Both the position numbers and the translations under genes were made by a program. From assembly GCA_964627255.1 (NCBI GenBank), contig CAZVIN010000042.1, positions 249 to 64,248 of the forward strand: a stretch of 64,000 bases of DNA, written 5' to 3'. The DNA is from an uncultured Eubacteriales bacterium. GTDB lineage: Bacteria > Acidobacteriota > Aminicenantia > Aminicenantales > CALLJL01. The notes under the pieces were generated by a model. That model had not been told where the DNA came from. It saw nothing but the letters and a program-made list of their open reading frames with translations, and ran no database searches. Positions 47,131-55,922 of this stretch are shown here, piece by piece (position 1 is the first letter of the stretch; every line of letters begins with the position of its first letter).

Positions 47131-49896
47131 TTAGCGAATCTGTTGCGGTGTGGAACCGATGGACCAGCCAATGGTCTTGGTAATTTTGGCTTTCTGACTC
47201 AGCTTTTTATTGCCGGCTTCTAAGACGACGACATATTCACCTGGTGAGACCCATTGAGAGAGGATATCTCGAGGTCGTCCCAGAGCTGCCAGGCCTTCCT
47301 GCCCTAGCATTCGGCGCCGCATATCCCAAATAACAGAATTAAACCCGGGATTATTCGGCCCCTCGATTCTGGCTAATTCCTGACCATAAGGGTCAGTGAC
47401 AATGATATTTATTTTGCCTTCAATTTTGTTCTTCAAATAATAATTTATAACCACACCGTTTGCTTCATTCGGAGTGAGGAGATGGCGGTCGCCAAAGAGA
47501 TAATCGTTAGCGCCGAAGCTGCGCGTAACCCACTGCACCTTTGGCTCGACCGCAAATAGGTAGACGGTTTCATTTAAAACTTGTTGCGTCAATTCCTGAA
47601 GAGGACTGATATCTGTAATGTAGAGCCCGCGGCCAAAGGTGGCTACTATCAAGTCATTTTCGCGGGGATGGATGATTAGGTCCTTAACGGGGACAAAGGG
47701 GATATTCGGTATTCTAACCCACTTTTTCCCGCCATCGATGGAGACATAAACGCCGACATCGTTGCCCAGGAAAAGAAGATTCGGATTTTTTCTATCTTCG
47801 ACAACAACATTGACAGGCGATTGGGGGAGGTTAGAAGCGAGAGAAACCCAATTAGCTCCGTAATCTTCAGTTTTAAACACGACCGGCCTGAAGTCATCTT
47901 GCCAATAACCAGTTTTAGTGATATAGGCGGTTCCAGCTTTAAAAGCTGAAGGAAAGACACGGCTGACATAAAAATCCTTCGGTGCGCCCGCAGCCGCCAA
48001 CTTAGCAGTCAAATCAGTCCAAGTTACCCCGCTATTATTTGTTACCCAAACTTTTCCGTCGCTCGTGCCTACCCAAATAACGCCAGACAAGACCGGCGAT
48101 TCAGCCATGCTACTAATAGCAAACCAAGAAAGACCGCCTTCGGAGCGGGGGAGCATTTTGGCCGTGTCGTTTGTGGTTAGGTCCGGACTAATTTCCTGCC
48201 AGTGTTCCCCGCGGTCAAGAGAGCGGAGAAGGACCTGAGCGCCAGCATAAATAATCTCGCTGTTGTGAGGAGAGATGTGAAGCGGCGGGCACCAGAGAAA
48301 GCGATAGGGAGGCTGACCCGCTTCCCTCTGCGGCGTAATGGGCGTTTGATAACCCAGTTTTTGGTCTACCCGGAAGAGCCCACCGTATTGCTGGCTGGTA
48401 TAAAGCCAGCGGCTGCTACTCGGGTCAACCTGAGTATACATGCCATCGCCGCCCCCAACTGCTATCCAATCAAGGAAAGTTATTCCTTGGCGGTCAGGGC
48501 TGAAACTGGGTGCTTTCCAATGTTCGTGGTCTTGGAGACCGCCGTAAATATTATAAGGTTCATCCATATCCACCCCGATGGCGTAAAACTGGCTGATGGG
48601 TAGGTTATAATAATAATCACAGGTTAACCCGCCGTCGTAAGAAATGTAAATCCCGCCGTCAGAACCCATGATTATTCTGTCCGAATCCTTGGGGTCCACC
48701 CAGAGAGTGCGAACGTCGCCAAACATTTTAGTGAACAGCCGGCGAGGCGGCCAGTTGAGGTCGTGCCAAGTTCGGCCGCCATCAGTCGAATTAGCCAGAG
48801 AGACTCCAGTGACAAAAATCTTTTTGTCATCATTCGGGTCTACTCTTATTTGACTAAAATAAAAAGGCCCCTTAGAGCTGACGTTATCCTCGATGGAATT
48901 CATCTTAACCCAGGTTTCGCCGCCGTTTTCCGTCCGGTAGACCTCCCCGCCGATTTCTCTTTCTTGAGGCTTCAACCCCCTTTTTTCATCCAGCTCGGCC
49001 TCTCTTTTGGTTGGTAGTCTTTTATTGGCATTCTCGATCACGGCATAGACGATATCCGGGTTCTTAGGGTAAATATCAAGGCCGATACGACCGATTTTGC
49101 CCGCAGGAAGGCCGGCCGCCAGCTTTCTCCAATGCTCGCCGCCATCAGTTGTCTTATAAATTCCGCTTTCGGGGCCGGCGTTGACCAGAGCCCAAGGCCA
49201 GCGCTGCTTATCGTAGGTGGCGGCATAAAGAATATCGGGATTGACTGGATTTATAACTAAATCCACGACTCCTACCTTCTCGTTGATATAAAGAACTTTC
49301 TTCCAAGTCAGGCCGCCGTCAGTGGTTTTGAAGACGCCTCTTTCTTCGTTAAACGAAAAAAGATGTCCCAAGGCGGCCACATAAACAACATTGGGGTTCT
49401 TGGGATGGATTACAATCCGGGCAATATGCTGAGAGTCGCTAAGGCCCATGTTTTGCCAGGATTTCCCGCCATCAGTTGATTTATAAACGCCGTCACCGGC
49501 ATGCGACCGAACAGAGCAGAAGGCATCGCCTGTGCCTACCCAGATAATTTCGGGATTGGACGGAGACAGGGCGACATCACCGATGGAGCCGTCAAAAATA
49601 GGTTCAAAGGTCGTGCCGTTATTAGTCGTTTTCCAGAGACCGCCACTCCAGGTGGCGACATAGAAGGTGTAAAGATGAGCGCGGGTCGGAGTTTCAGGAA
49701 CATCAATATCAGCAATCGCCGCGGCGACGCGATAAGGCCCCATATTTCTAAAGGAAAAAGCCTTTAACAAATTTTCATTAAAAACTTCTTCCGCCTCGGC
49801 GTTCGCTGGGGGGAGGCAAAGTGCGGTTAATAATGCCCAGCTGATGAAAAAGAAAAAAAACCGGTGCCTTGGAGAGCCCCTTTTTTTATTTTTCAT
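47131..49896 (-). CDS. Secreted Asp-box/BNR (VPS10/GH74-like) beta-propeller protein with C-terminal FlgD-like Ig domain
   Basis: GGAGG SD then ATG 49896; signal peptide; 11 S/T-x-D/N-x-G-x-T/S-W-type boxes; YYLK...IIVTDPYG. Confidence 0.85.
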   Translation of the reverse strand: MKNKKRGSPRHRFFFFFISWALLTALCLPPANAEAEEVFNENLLKAFSFRNMGPYRVAAAIADIDVPETPTRAHLYTFYVATWSGGLWKTTNNGTTFEPIFDGSIGDVALSPSNPEIIWVGTGDAFCSVRSHAGDGVYKSTDGGKSWQNMGLSDSQHIARIVIHPKNPNVVYVAALGHLFSFNEERGVFKTTDGGLTWKKVLYINEKVGVVDLVINPVNPDILYAATYDKQRWPWALVNAGPESGIYKTTDGGEHWRKLAAGLPAGKIGRIGLDIYPKNPDIVYAVIENANKRLPTKREAELDEKRGLKPQEREIGGEVYRTENGGETWVKMNSIEDNVSSKGPFYFSQIRVDPNDDKKIFVTGVSLANSTDGGRTWHDLNWPPRRLFTKMFGDVRTLWVDPKDSDRIIMGSDGGIYISYDGGLTCDYYYNLPISQFYAIGVDMDEPYNIYGGLQDHEHWKAPSFSPDRQGITFLDWIAVGGGDGMYTQVDPSSSRWLYTSQQYGGLFRVDQKLGYQTPITPQREAGQPPYRFLWCPPLHISPHNSEIIYAGAQVLLRSLDRGEHWQEISPDLTTNDTAKMLPRSEGGLSWFAISSMAESPVLSGVIWVGTSDGKVWVTNNSGVTWTDLTAKLAAAGAPKDFYVSRVFPSAFKAGTAYITKTGYWQDDFRPVVFKTEDYGANWVSLASNLPQSPVNVVVEDRKNPNLLFLGNDVGVYVSIDGGKKWVRIPNIPFVPVKDLIIHPRENDLIVATFGRGLYITDISPLQELTQQVLNETVYLFAVEPKVQWVTRSFGANDYLFGDRHLLTPNEANGVVINYYLKNKIEGKINIIVTDPYGQELARIEGPNNPGFNSVIWDMRRRMLGQEGLAALGRPRDILSQWVSPGEYVVVLEAGNKKLSQKAKITKTIGWSIGSTPQQIR

Positions 49897-49943
49897 CGCC
49901 ACCTCCAGTCTGGTTTATTTTTCTTTTATTTTTTTTCCTCAAT

Positions 49944-50333
49944 TTAATTAGTTGCTTTCCAGCTCAGTTGTCGGCCGGGGAAAAATCCAGATGAGTAAAT
50001 AGATAATAGACACAAGTTGACCCCAAGATATAGAGCGGCGTTGTAAATAAGAGAGCGATGAAGGGGTTTATTCTGGAGCCCAATCAATCTTAGTTGAGGC
50101 GAAAAAAAGAACTTATTTTTTGCTCTTTCGAGTTGTTTAATTGGAGTGACTAACCTGGTGAAGAATGGTCTCGATATTTTTAAGAGTTCAACTGGGGTAG
50201 GTTCTGAGTTGGGAATGAGTTTTAATCGACCTTGAGTCGACTTAAGGAGGGTAGAATTAAACGCCGCAAGGGGAGAAATAAATTTTGAAGAAAGAGAAGT
50301 TAGAGGAGTCAACAGAATGGCCTGATATGCCAT
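49944..50333 (-). CDS. Possible ORFan, 129 aa
   Basis: Long open frame in an AT-rich spacer with AAGGA 8 nt upstream; no recognisable motif. Confidence 0.2.
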   Translation of the reverse strand: MAYQAILLTPLTSLSSKFISPLAAFNSTLLKSTQGRLKLIPNSEPTPVELLKISRPFFTRLVTPIKQLERAKNKFFFSPQLRLIGLQNKPLHRSLIYNAALYLGVNLCLLSIYSSGFFPGRQLSWKATN

Positions 50334-50475
50334 TGCAATTTCCTTTGAATAATAATATATGGTGTATGATATATTTTCAATAAAATAATTATTTCGGTTT
50401 TTTTTGAACGAAGAAAGCCAATAAGGATTTCAAATTAGGGATAAAAAAGATAAAGGTAAGGATAAGGAGGACCGA

Positions 50476-53400
50476 ATGAAACCAAGTCAAGGCAAATGCT
50501 TTGGGCTTATTGTTGGCACTTTTTTTGTCATTATTTTCATTTCATGGTTTCCGCCAGCGAGAGCGGCGGTTCAGCCAATTACTCCCGAGGTTTATTCTCA
50601 GCTCAGGTGGCGTTTTGTTGGGCCTCAAGGGAATCGAGTGAGCGCAGTTGTTTGCGACTCGAACGACCCAAACATTTATTATGCCGGAGCTTGTGCTGGC
50701 GGCGTTTGGAAATCAGTTGACGGCGGGACAAACTGGTTTCCGATTTTTGACGACCAGCCGGCTCAATCTATCGGCGCTTTAGCCATAGCCCCTTCTGATT
50801 CCAACGTGGTTTGGGTTGGAACGGGCGAAAGTTTTATCCGGAGCAATGTCCTGATTGGCAACGGCGTTTATAAATCAACTGACGGCGGTAGGACGTGGTC
50901 CCACATGGGTCTCGAAAATACGGGAAGGATAAGTCGCATCGTTATCCATCCCCGCGACCCGAACATCGTCTTCGTGGGTGCTGTCGGCCACTGTTATGGC
51001 CCGCAAAAGGAACGCGGAGTTTTTAGGACCAGAGATGGTGGCAAGACTTGGGAACATGTGCTGTTTGTTGATGAAAACACCGGTTGTTCCGATATTTCTA
51101 TGGACCCCAACAATCCGCAAATTATGTTCGCTGGAATGTGGCAGATAGTTATTCATACTTGGGGAAAATTTAGCGGCGGCCCTGGAAGTGGGGTTTTTGT
51201 TTCCCGGGATGGTGGGACTTCCTGGCAGAGAATCCGAGGTCATGGCCTGCCCACTTTTGATGTCGGCAAAGTGGCCGTAGCCGTTGCCCCCAGCAATTCC
51301 GACCGCGTTTATGCCTTGATCGAAACCGGCGATAAGGGTTCGCTCTGGCGGTCTGATGATGGCGGCTATAACTGGCGCGTGGTGAGCCACGAGCGGCGGT
51401 TGGTGGAAAGGGCTTGTTATTATACCCGATTGTGCATTGCTCCTGACGACCATAACACTGTTTATATCCCTTGTAATAGCATGTATGTTTCCTATGATGG
51501 CGGTGAATCAATCGAAAATTTCAGCGGCGGCGGCGATAACCATGATATATGGGCCGACCCTAAGAACCCCAAACGAATTATGATTGGCAATGACGGCGGA
51601 GTGAGTATTACCACCACTCGGGGCCGGCAATGGCGTTTTGTCAAACTACCCATCGGCCAGATGTACCATGTGGCCGTAGATAACCGGATTCCTTACTGGG
51701 TTTATAGCAATATGCAAGATTCGACCTCTAAGCGCGGGCCTAGCCTTACCTTTGCTGGCCCCGAGCTTCCTGTCTGGCACTCCATGGGTGGCTGTGAATC
51801 AGGTTTCTCTTATCCTGACCCTGTAGACAATAATATTGTCTGGGGAACGTGTTATTCGGGTACAGTTGAAGTCCATAATCTTAAGACTGGCCTGACACGT
51901 AATGTTAATCCGTGGCCGGAAAAATCGCTCGACTCGCCCGCCGGTGTTCTAAAATATCGTTGGAACTGGACCCACCCTATTGCCATTTCGCCTCATGAAC
52001 ATAATGTTGTTTACGTCGGCAGCCAGTATGTGCATATGACAAATAATGGCGGCCAAAGCTGGACCATTATCAGCCCCGACCTAACCACTAACGACCGGGG
52101 CAAAATGGGGAGTTCAGGGGGGCTCACAGCAGACAATTTAGGTGTCGAATACGGCTGCACTCTTTTTGCTATCGCCGAGTCGCCGCTGGAAAAGGGGGTT
52201 ATTTGGGCCGGGAGTAATGATGGTTTAGTTCATATCACCCGTGACGGCGGGCGAACCTGGCAAAATGTCACGCCGAAAGAAATGCCTCCTTGGGGAACAG
52301 TAAGCATGATCGACCCTTCCCGCTTTGAACCCGGACGCTGTTACCTCGCCGTTGACGGACATCAGGAAAATATTCGAGACCCCTATCTTTTTAAAACCAC
52401 CGATTATGGACGGACTTGGAAATTGATTAGCTCCAATATTCCTAAAAGCGTTTTTAGTTATACCAGTGCCATCAAAGAAGACCCGAAGAGAAAAGGATTA
52501 CTTTATGCAGGCACGGCCAATGCAATTTATGTTTCCTTTGACGACGGTGAAAGCTGGTTGCCTCTCCAGTCGAATTTACCGCATGCCTGCATTACCTGGA
52601 TTGCTCTTCAGGAGCACTTTAATGACCTGGTAGTCTCAACCAACGGCCGGGGCATCTGGATTATGGATGATATCACGCCGCTCCAGCAGTTAACGCCAGA
52701 AGTCTTAAAATCGGAGGTTCATCTTTTTACCCCCCGAATTGCCTACCGCTTTAAAGAAAGGGCGAGAGAAGACCAGGCTCCCAATGACCAGTCTCGGGGT
52801 CAGAACCCGCCTTATGGGGCTTTTATCAATTATTATCTTAAATCCGCCGCTAAGGGGGACGTAATCATTGAAATATTCGATGAAAATGGCGAAAAGGTAA
52901 GAACGCTTAGCGGCCCAGCTCAACCCGGCATTAACAGGGTAGTTTGGAACCTTAGACATGAACCTCTGAAGCAGATTGAACTCCGGACCACCCCTGATTT
53001 TCATCCCCATGTCTGGGAAGAGAGAAGATTCCGTGGCCGTGATACCAGACCGGTCCTCCATTGGGGAATTCAGCCTCCCCAGGCGGGAGTTTTGGCAGTT
53101 CCCGGCGTTTATACAATCAAACTTAGCGTTGCTGGCAAAGTGCTTACCCAGAAGCTTGAAGTTCTCAAGGACCCTCATTCTGCCGGTACAGTCGAGGATA
53201 TTAAAGAAACCGTCAACCTGTGGAAGGAAGTGGTCGAGGAAATAAATACGGTGGTCGATATGATTAATCGTCTTGAATGGGTGAGAAAGCAAATCGAAGA
53301 TATGACCAAGGTGCTTAAAAGGGATGAGAAAGCTGGCCCGGTTTTGGATGCCCTGAGCAAGCTTGATAAAAAAACCATGGCCGTTGAGGACGAGCTTTTA

Positions 53401-53685
53401 CAGCGCCAGCTTCACGCTTCTGACCCCAAGTCTTACCGGGCTGAAATGAAACTCTATTCCAAGCTGGTTTGGTTTTCAGGCGAGATAGGTACAGGGGCTG
53501 GCGATGTCCGCAACTCCGACGATTATCCGCCCACAACCCAACAATATGAAGTCCATAAATTGCTCCAGGAGAGGCTGGAAAAAGTTAAAGCCGACTATGA
53601 AGAGTTATTCAATAAAGAGATACCGGCCTTCAATAAATTCGCTGGCGAAAGGAACTACGCCGGCTTGATAGCCACGATGCGCTAA
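50476..53685 (+). CDS. Secreted Asp-box/BNR (VPS10/GH74-like) beta-propeller protein with FlgD-like domain and helical tail
   Basis: AAGGAGG SD; signal peptide; WRFVGP.G.R; 11 Asp-boxes; YYLKS...IEIFDENGEKVRTL; helical C-terminus. Confidence 0.85.
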   Translation: MKPSQGKCFGLIVGTFFVIIFISWFPPARAAVQPITPEVYSQLRWRFVGPQGNRVSAVVCDSNDPNIYYAGACAGGVWKSVDGGTNWFPIFDDQPAQSIGALAIAPSDSNVVWVGTGESFIRSNVLIGNGVYKSTDGGRTWSHMGLENTGRISRIVIHPRDPNIVFVGAVGHCYGPQKERGVFRTRDGGKTWEHVLFVDENTGCSDISMDPNNPQIMFAGMWQIVIHTWGKFSGGPGSGVFVSRDGGTSWQRIRGHGLPTFDVGKVAVAVAPSNSDRVYALIETGDKGSLWRSDDGGYNWRVVSHERRLVERACYYTRLCIAPDDHNTVYIPCNSMYVSYDGGESIENFSGGGDNHDIWADPKNPKRIMIGNDGGVSITTTRGRQWRFVKLPIGQMYHVAVDNRIPYWVYSNMQDSTSKRGPSLTFAGPELPVWHSMGGCESGFSYPDPVDNNIVWGTCYSGTVEVHNLKTGLTRNVNPWPEKSLDSPAGVLKYRWNWTHPIAISPHEHNVVYVGSQYVHMTNNGGQSWTIISPDLTTNDRGKMGSSGGLTADNLGVEYGCTLFAIAESPLEKGVIWAGSNDGLVHITRDGGRTWQNVTPKEMPPWGTVSMIDPSRFEPGRCYLAVDGHQENIRDPYLFKTTDYGRTWKLISSNIPKSVFSYTSAIKEDPKRKGLLYAGTANAIYVSFDDGESWLPLQSNLPHACITWIALQEHFNDLVVSTNGRGIWIMDDITPLQQLTPEVLKSEVHLFTPRIAYRFKERAREDQAPNDQSRGQNPPYGAFINYYLKSAAKGDVIIEIFDENGEKVRTLSGPAQPGINRVVWNLRHEPLKQIELRTTPDFHPHVWEERRFRGRDTRPVLHWGIQPPQAGVLAVPGVYTIKLSVAGKVLTQKLEVLKDPHSAGTVEDIKETVNLWKEVVEEINTVVDMINRLEWVRKQIEDMTKVLKRDEKAGPVLDALSKLDKKTMAVEDELLQRQLHASDPKSYRAEMKLYSKLVWFSGEIGTGAGDVRNSDDYPPTTQQYEVHKLLQERLEKVKADYEELFNKEIPAFNKFAGERNYAGLIATMR

Positions 53686-54050
53686 ACTTTAATGTTGGTA
53701 CCTATTTCGTCTGGACTTTATGCGCTGAGGCAAAGATTCTAGCCGCTCGATTTAACCAGCTATCTCTAAATAGTTTCTTTAGCCGGCTTATTGGGCTGGT
53801 AAATTTATATCTATTTAGGGCCAATTTAACAGGCTTTATTAGCGTTCCCTTCTTAGCGCTTGAAAAAATATAACGAAGCACTAAGCTTTTCTATTTTTTA
53901 TGAAGAAACTCGATTAAGTCCCAATAAGGCCTAAAAAAATATGAAAAGCATTATTTATGAAGAGGAAAGATTTTAAAAGCTGGAGGGAGGTTTTCTCCTT
54001 TGCTGACCTTTCGGGCGGCCTGAACAAAATAAATGCCAGGAGTCCGTCGG

Positions 54051-54977
54051 TTAGAGCAAACTTAATTTAAGTCCCAAGCTGAGGGATAAAAGCGAAGGCC
54101 GGAAAACAACTTGGCGGAGAGACAAATAGGGTATCATTTTTGCCACAGGCTCAATTCCCGGTGGCTGATAATTCTCGTCATAACCGATAGCCTCCAGTCT
54201 AAGCGGGATTTCAGCGCTTCGGAAATAGCGCCCATTAAAAAATAAAGAGAGGCCACTTAGCAGTCGACCTGAAAAACTCAGGCCGGCGTTCCATCCCCTT
54301 ATGTGGTTGGGGATGAAGCGAGCTAGCAATTTATATTCCTCGCTAAATAAGACGGAATGACCCCCAAGCCAGAAACGGGTGAAGGCCAGCGGGCCCAAGT
54401 CCCCTTTAAGGAAAAAAGAAGATAATCCGGCAGAAAGACCCACTTCCCAGCGATGGTTCAAGTTTAAGCGGATAGCGGGATTGAGATTAAAAATTTTAAG
54501 GTCTAAATAACCGTGAGGGGGAGGCCAGGCACTTTTCCAATTTACCGTGACTTCGACGGGTTCGTACCAAGGGGGCGGCCGGGAAATATATTGGAGGAAC
54601 ACCTCATAATTGGAGCTTTCTCCCTCCAAAGGGGAGGAGAGATGGAAATAACTAATTTCTATTCCCAACCTTTCTGTCGGAAATATGCCTAACAAAATTG
54701 ATTTTCCTTTAGCCCTAACTGTTTGGAATTCGAGTCTATGCAAAGCGGAGCTAACGGCTTGGCCGGGTTCAAAGGGAGGTGAATATTGATGCTGGTAATC
54801 AGAGACAAAATTATGGCTCCTAATATCCCAAGCAAAACTCAACTCAATAATTCTTCCCATCTCCTCAGCCCAACCGCTCCCTGTCGGGGCTAAAAACCAG
54901 ATAGAAAAGATAAAAAATATTGTGGCTTTGAGGAAAGCCGATAAAATGCCTACTTGTTTATACTTATTTATTAACAT
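54051..54977 (-). CDS. Probable outer-membrane beta-barrel protein, function unknown
   Basis: N-terminal signal-like segment; alternating strands (LGIEISYF, VGLSAGLSSF, GWNAGLSFS, LFFNGRYF, LSLGLKL). Confidence 0.6.
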   Translation of the reverse strand: MLINKYKQVGILSAFLKATIFFIFSIWFLAPTGSGWAEEMGRIIELSFAWDIRSHNFVSDYQHQYSPPFEPGQAVSSALHRLEFQTVRAKGKSILLGIFPTERLGIEISYFHLSSPLEGESSNYEVFLQYISRPPPWYEPVEVTVNWKSAWPPPHGYLDLKIFNLNPAIRLNLNHRWEVGLSAGLSSFFLKGDLGPLAFTRFWLGGHSVLFSEEYKLLARFIPNHIRGWNAGLSFSGRLLSGLSLFFNGRYFRSAEIPLRLEAIGYDENYQPPGIEPVAKMIPYLSLRQVVFRPSLLSLSLGLKLSLL

Positions 54978-55049
54978 TTAGTTTAACTTAGGCTTTATAT
55001 ATGAGTCTTGTCAAGCTAATTTGGGCCCCCTCGTCCATAAAAATCAAAA

Positions 55050-55259
55050 GGGGCAAGGGTGTCAGCGGGGAAACTCGGCGGACCTTCGCGCATCTTTCAT
55101 CACGAACTTTGTGCCGTTCAAAAAGATAAGGAACGCTTTGCGGATAGACTTTCTACCCCCTTAGCCGCCCTTGGCTTGGCATCTTCTGGAGTCGTTATTT
55201 ATCCTTCCTCACGACCGTTGCAGGGGAAATTATGCCCAAAGATGCTCACTTGCCCCCCC
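55050..55259 (-). ncRNA. Candidate rod-shaped ncRNA, 6S RNA-like
   Basis: Hand fold: closing GGGGCAAG/CUUGCCCC followed by UUUU, nested helices, central bubble of about 20+14 nt, apical hairpin at the midpoint; TTGACA upstream at 55305-55310. Strand inferred from G-U pairs. Confidence 0.4.
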
Positions 55260-55378
55260 TAGCCGAAAAGCTAAATTCCACAAATTGGCTGGATACAACC
55301 ACATTGTCAAGAACAGGGACTGAGTTCCGCTGGGAATCCGGCGCGTGATCAAGAGGGCTTTTTCTAAGGAGGGAATGA

Positions 55379-55513
55379 ATGGCGGATGAACAACTATTCG
55401 ACGACCATGGCGAAAAAGAGATTAATGTTAAAATTAGGCGACGCCTTACATATTTACCTATATTTATTTTGATTTTTTCGTTCTTCCCCTTTTTGGGCGA
55501 GGTTAAACGATAA
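55379..55513 (+). CDS. Candidate 44-aa single-pass membrane peptide (not in the ORF track)
   Basis: AAGGAGGG SD 5 nt before the ATG; MADEQLFDDHGEKEINVKIRRRLTYLPIFILIFSFFPFLGEVKR*. Confidence 0.35.
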   Translation: MADEQLFDDHGEKEINVKIRRRLTYLPIFILIFSFFPFLGEVKR

Positions 55514-55922
55514 GTCGGCGACAGTGGAAGCTATCATGAAATTTTTCTGCTCCTAGCCTTCCTTGATGGTTCTTCGAGGGAGCGTTGGGGAGCCGAGCAT
55601 GTCTAAGCCTGAGCTGAACGAAGCGAGAGGCTTAATGGGGAAAAGGGACTGCTGGGCTTGGCTTATTACCAGACAGGCGGCTTGCGCCGGCTTTGAGAAC
55701 GGCGAGGCGGGGACCACAGGGATAACCTGAGCAGAAGCGAGGCCATTCCTGCCTCCTCGTTGTCTAACCCCCACGAGTCGTTAGAGAACTATTTAGATTA
55801 TCTTGAGAGCGGAGGCGGTTTTTTAAACCAAACGTGAGCCGAACTTAACTGGCCAATCTGGGAAAGGGAAAGAAAATCTGTTATTTTAAGAAGCGGTAGA
55901 ATTTCGATGGGGTAATTTCAAC

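Noticed and set aside
50875-53536. ORFs of 100-195 aa opposite the Asp-box gene; similar ones opposite metG, ruvB, pfkA and larC
   Set aside because: Antisense shadows of well-supported genes
55130-55170. c-di-GMP-I riboswitch resemblance (GAAAG hairpin followed by CGCAAAG)
   Set aside because: The GGCAAA and GAC core nucleotides and the P1 stem are not matched
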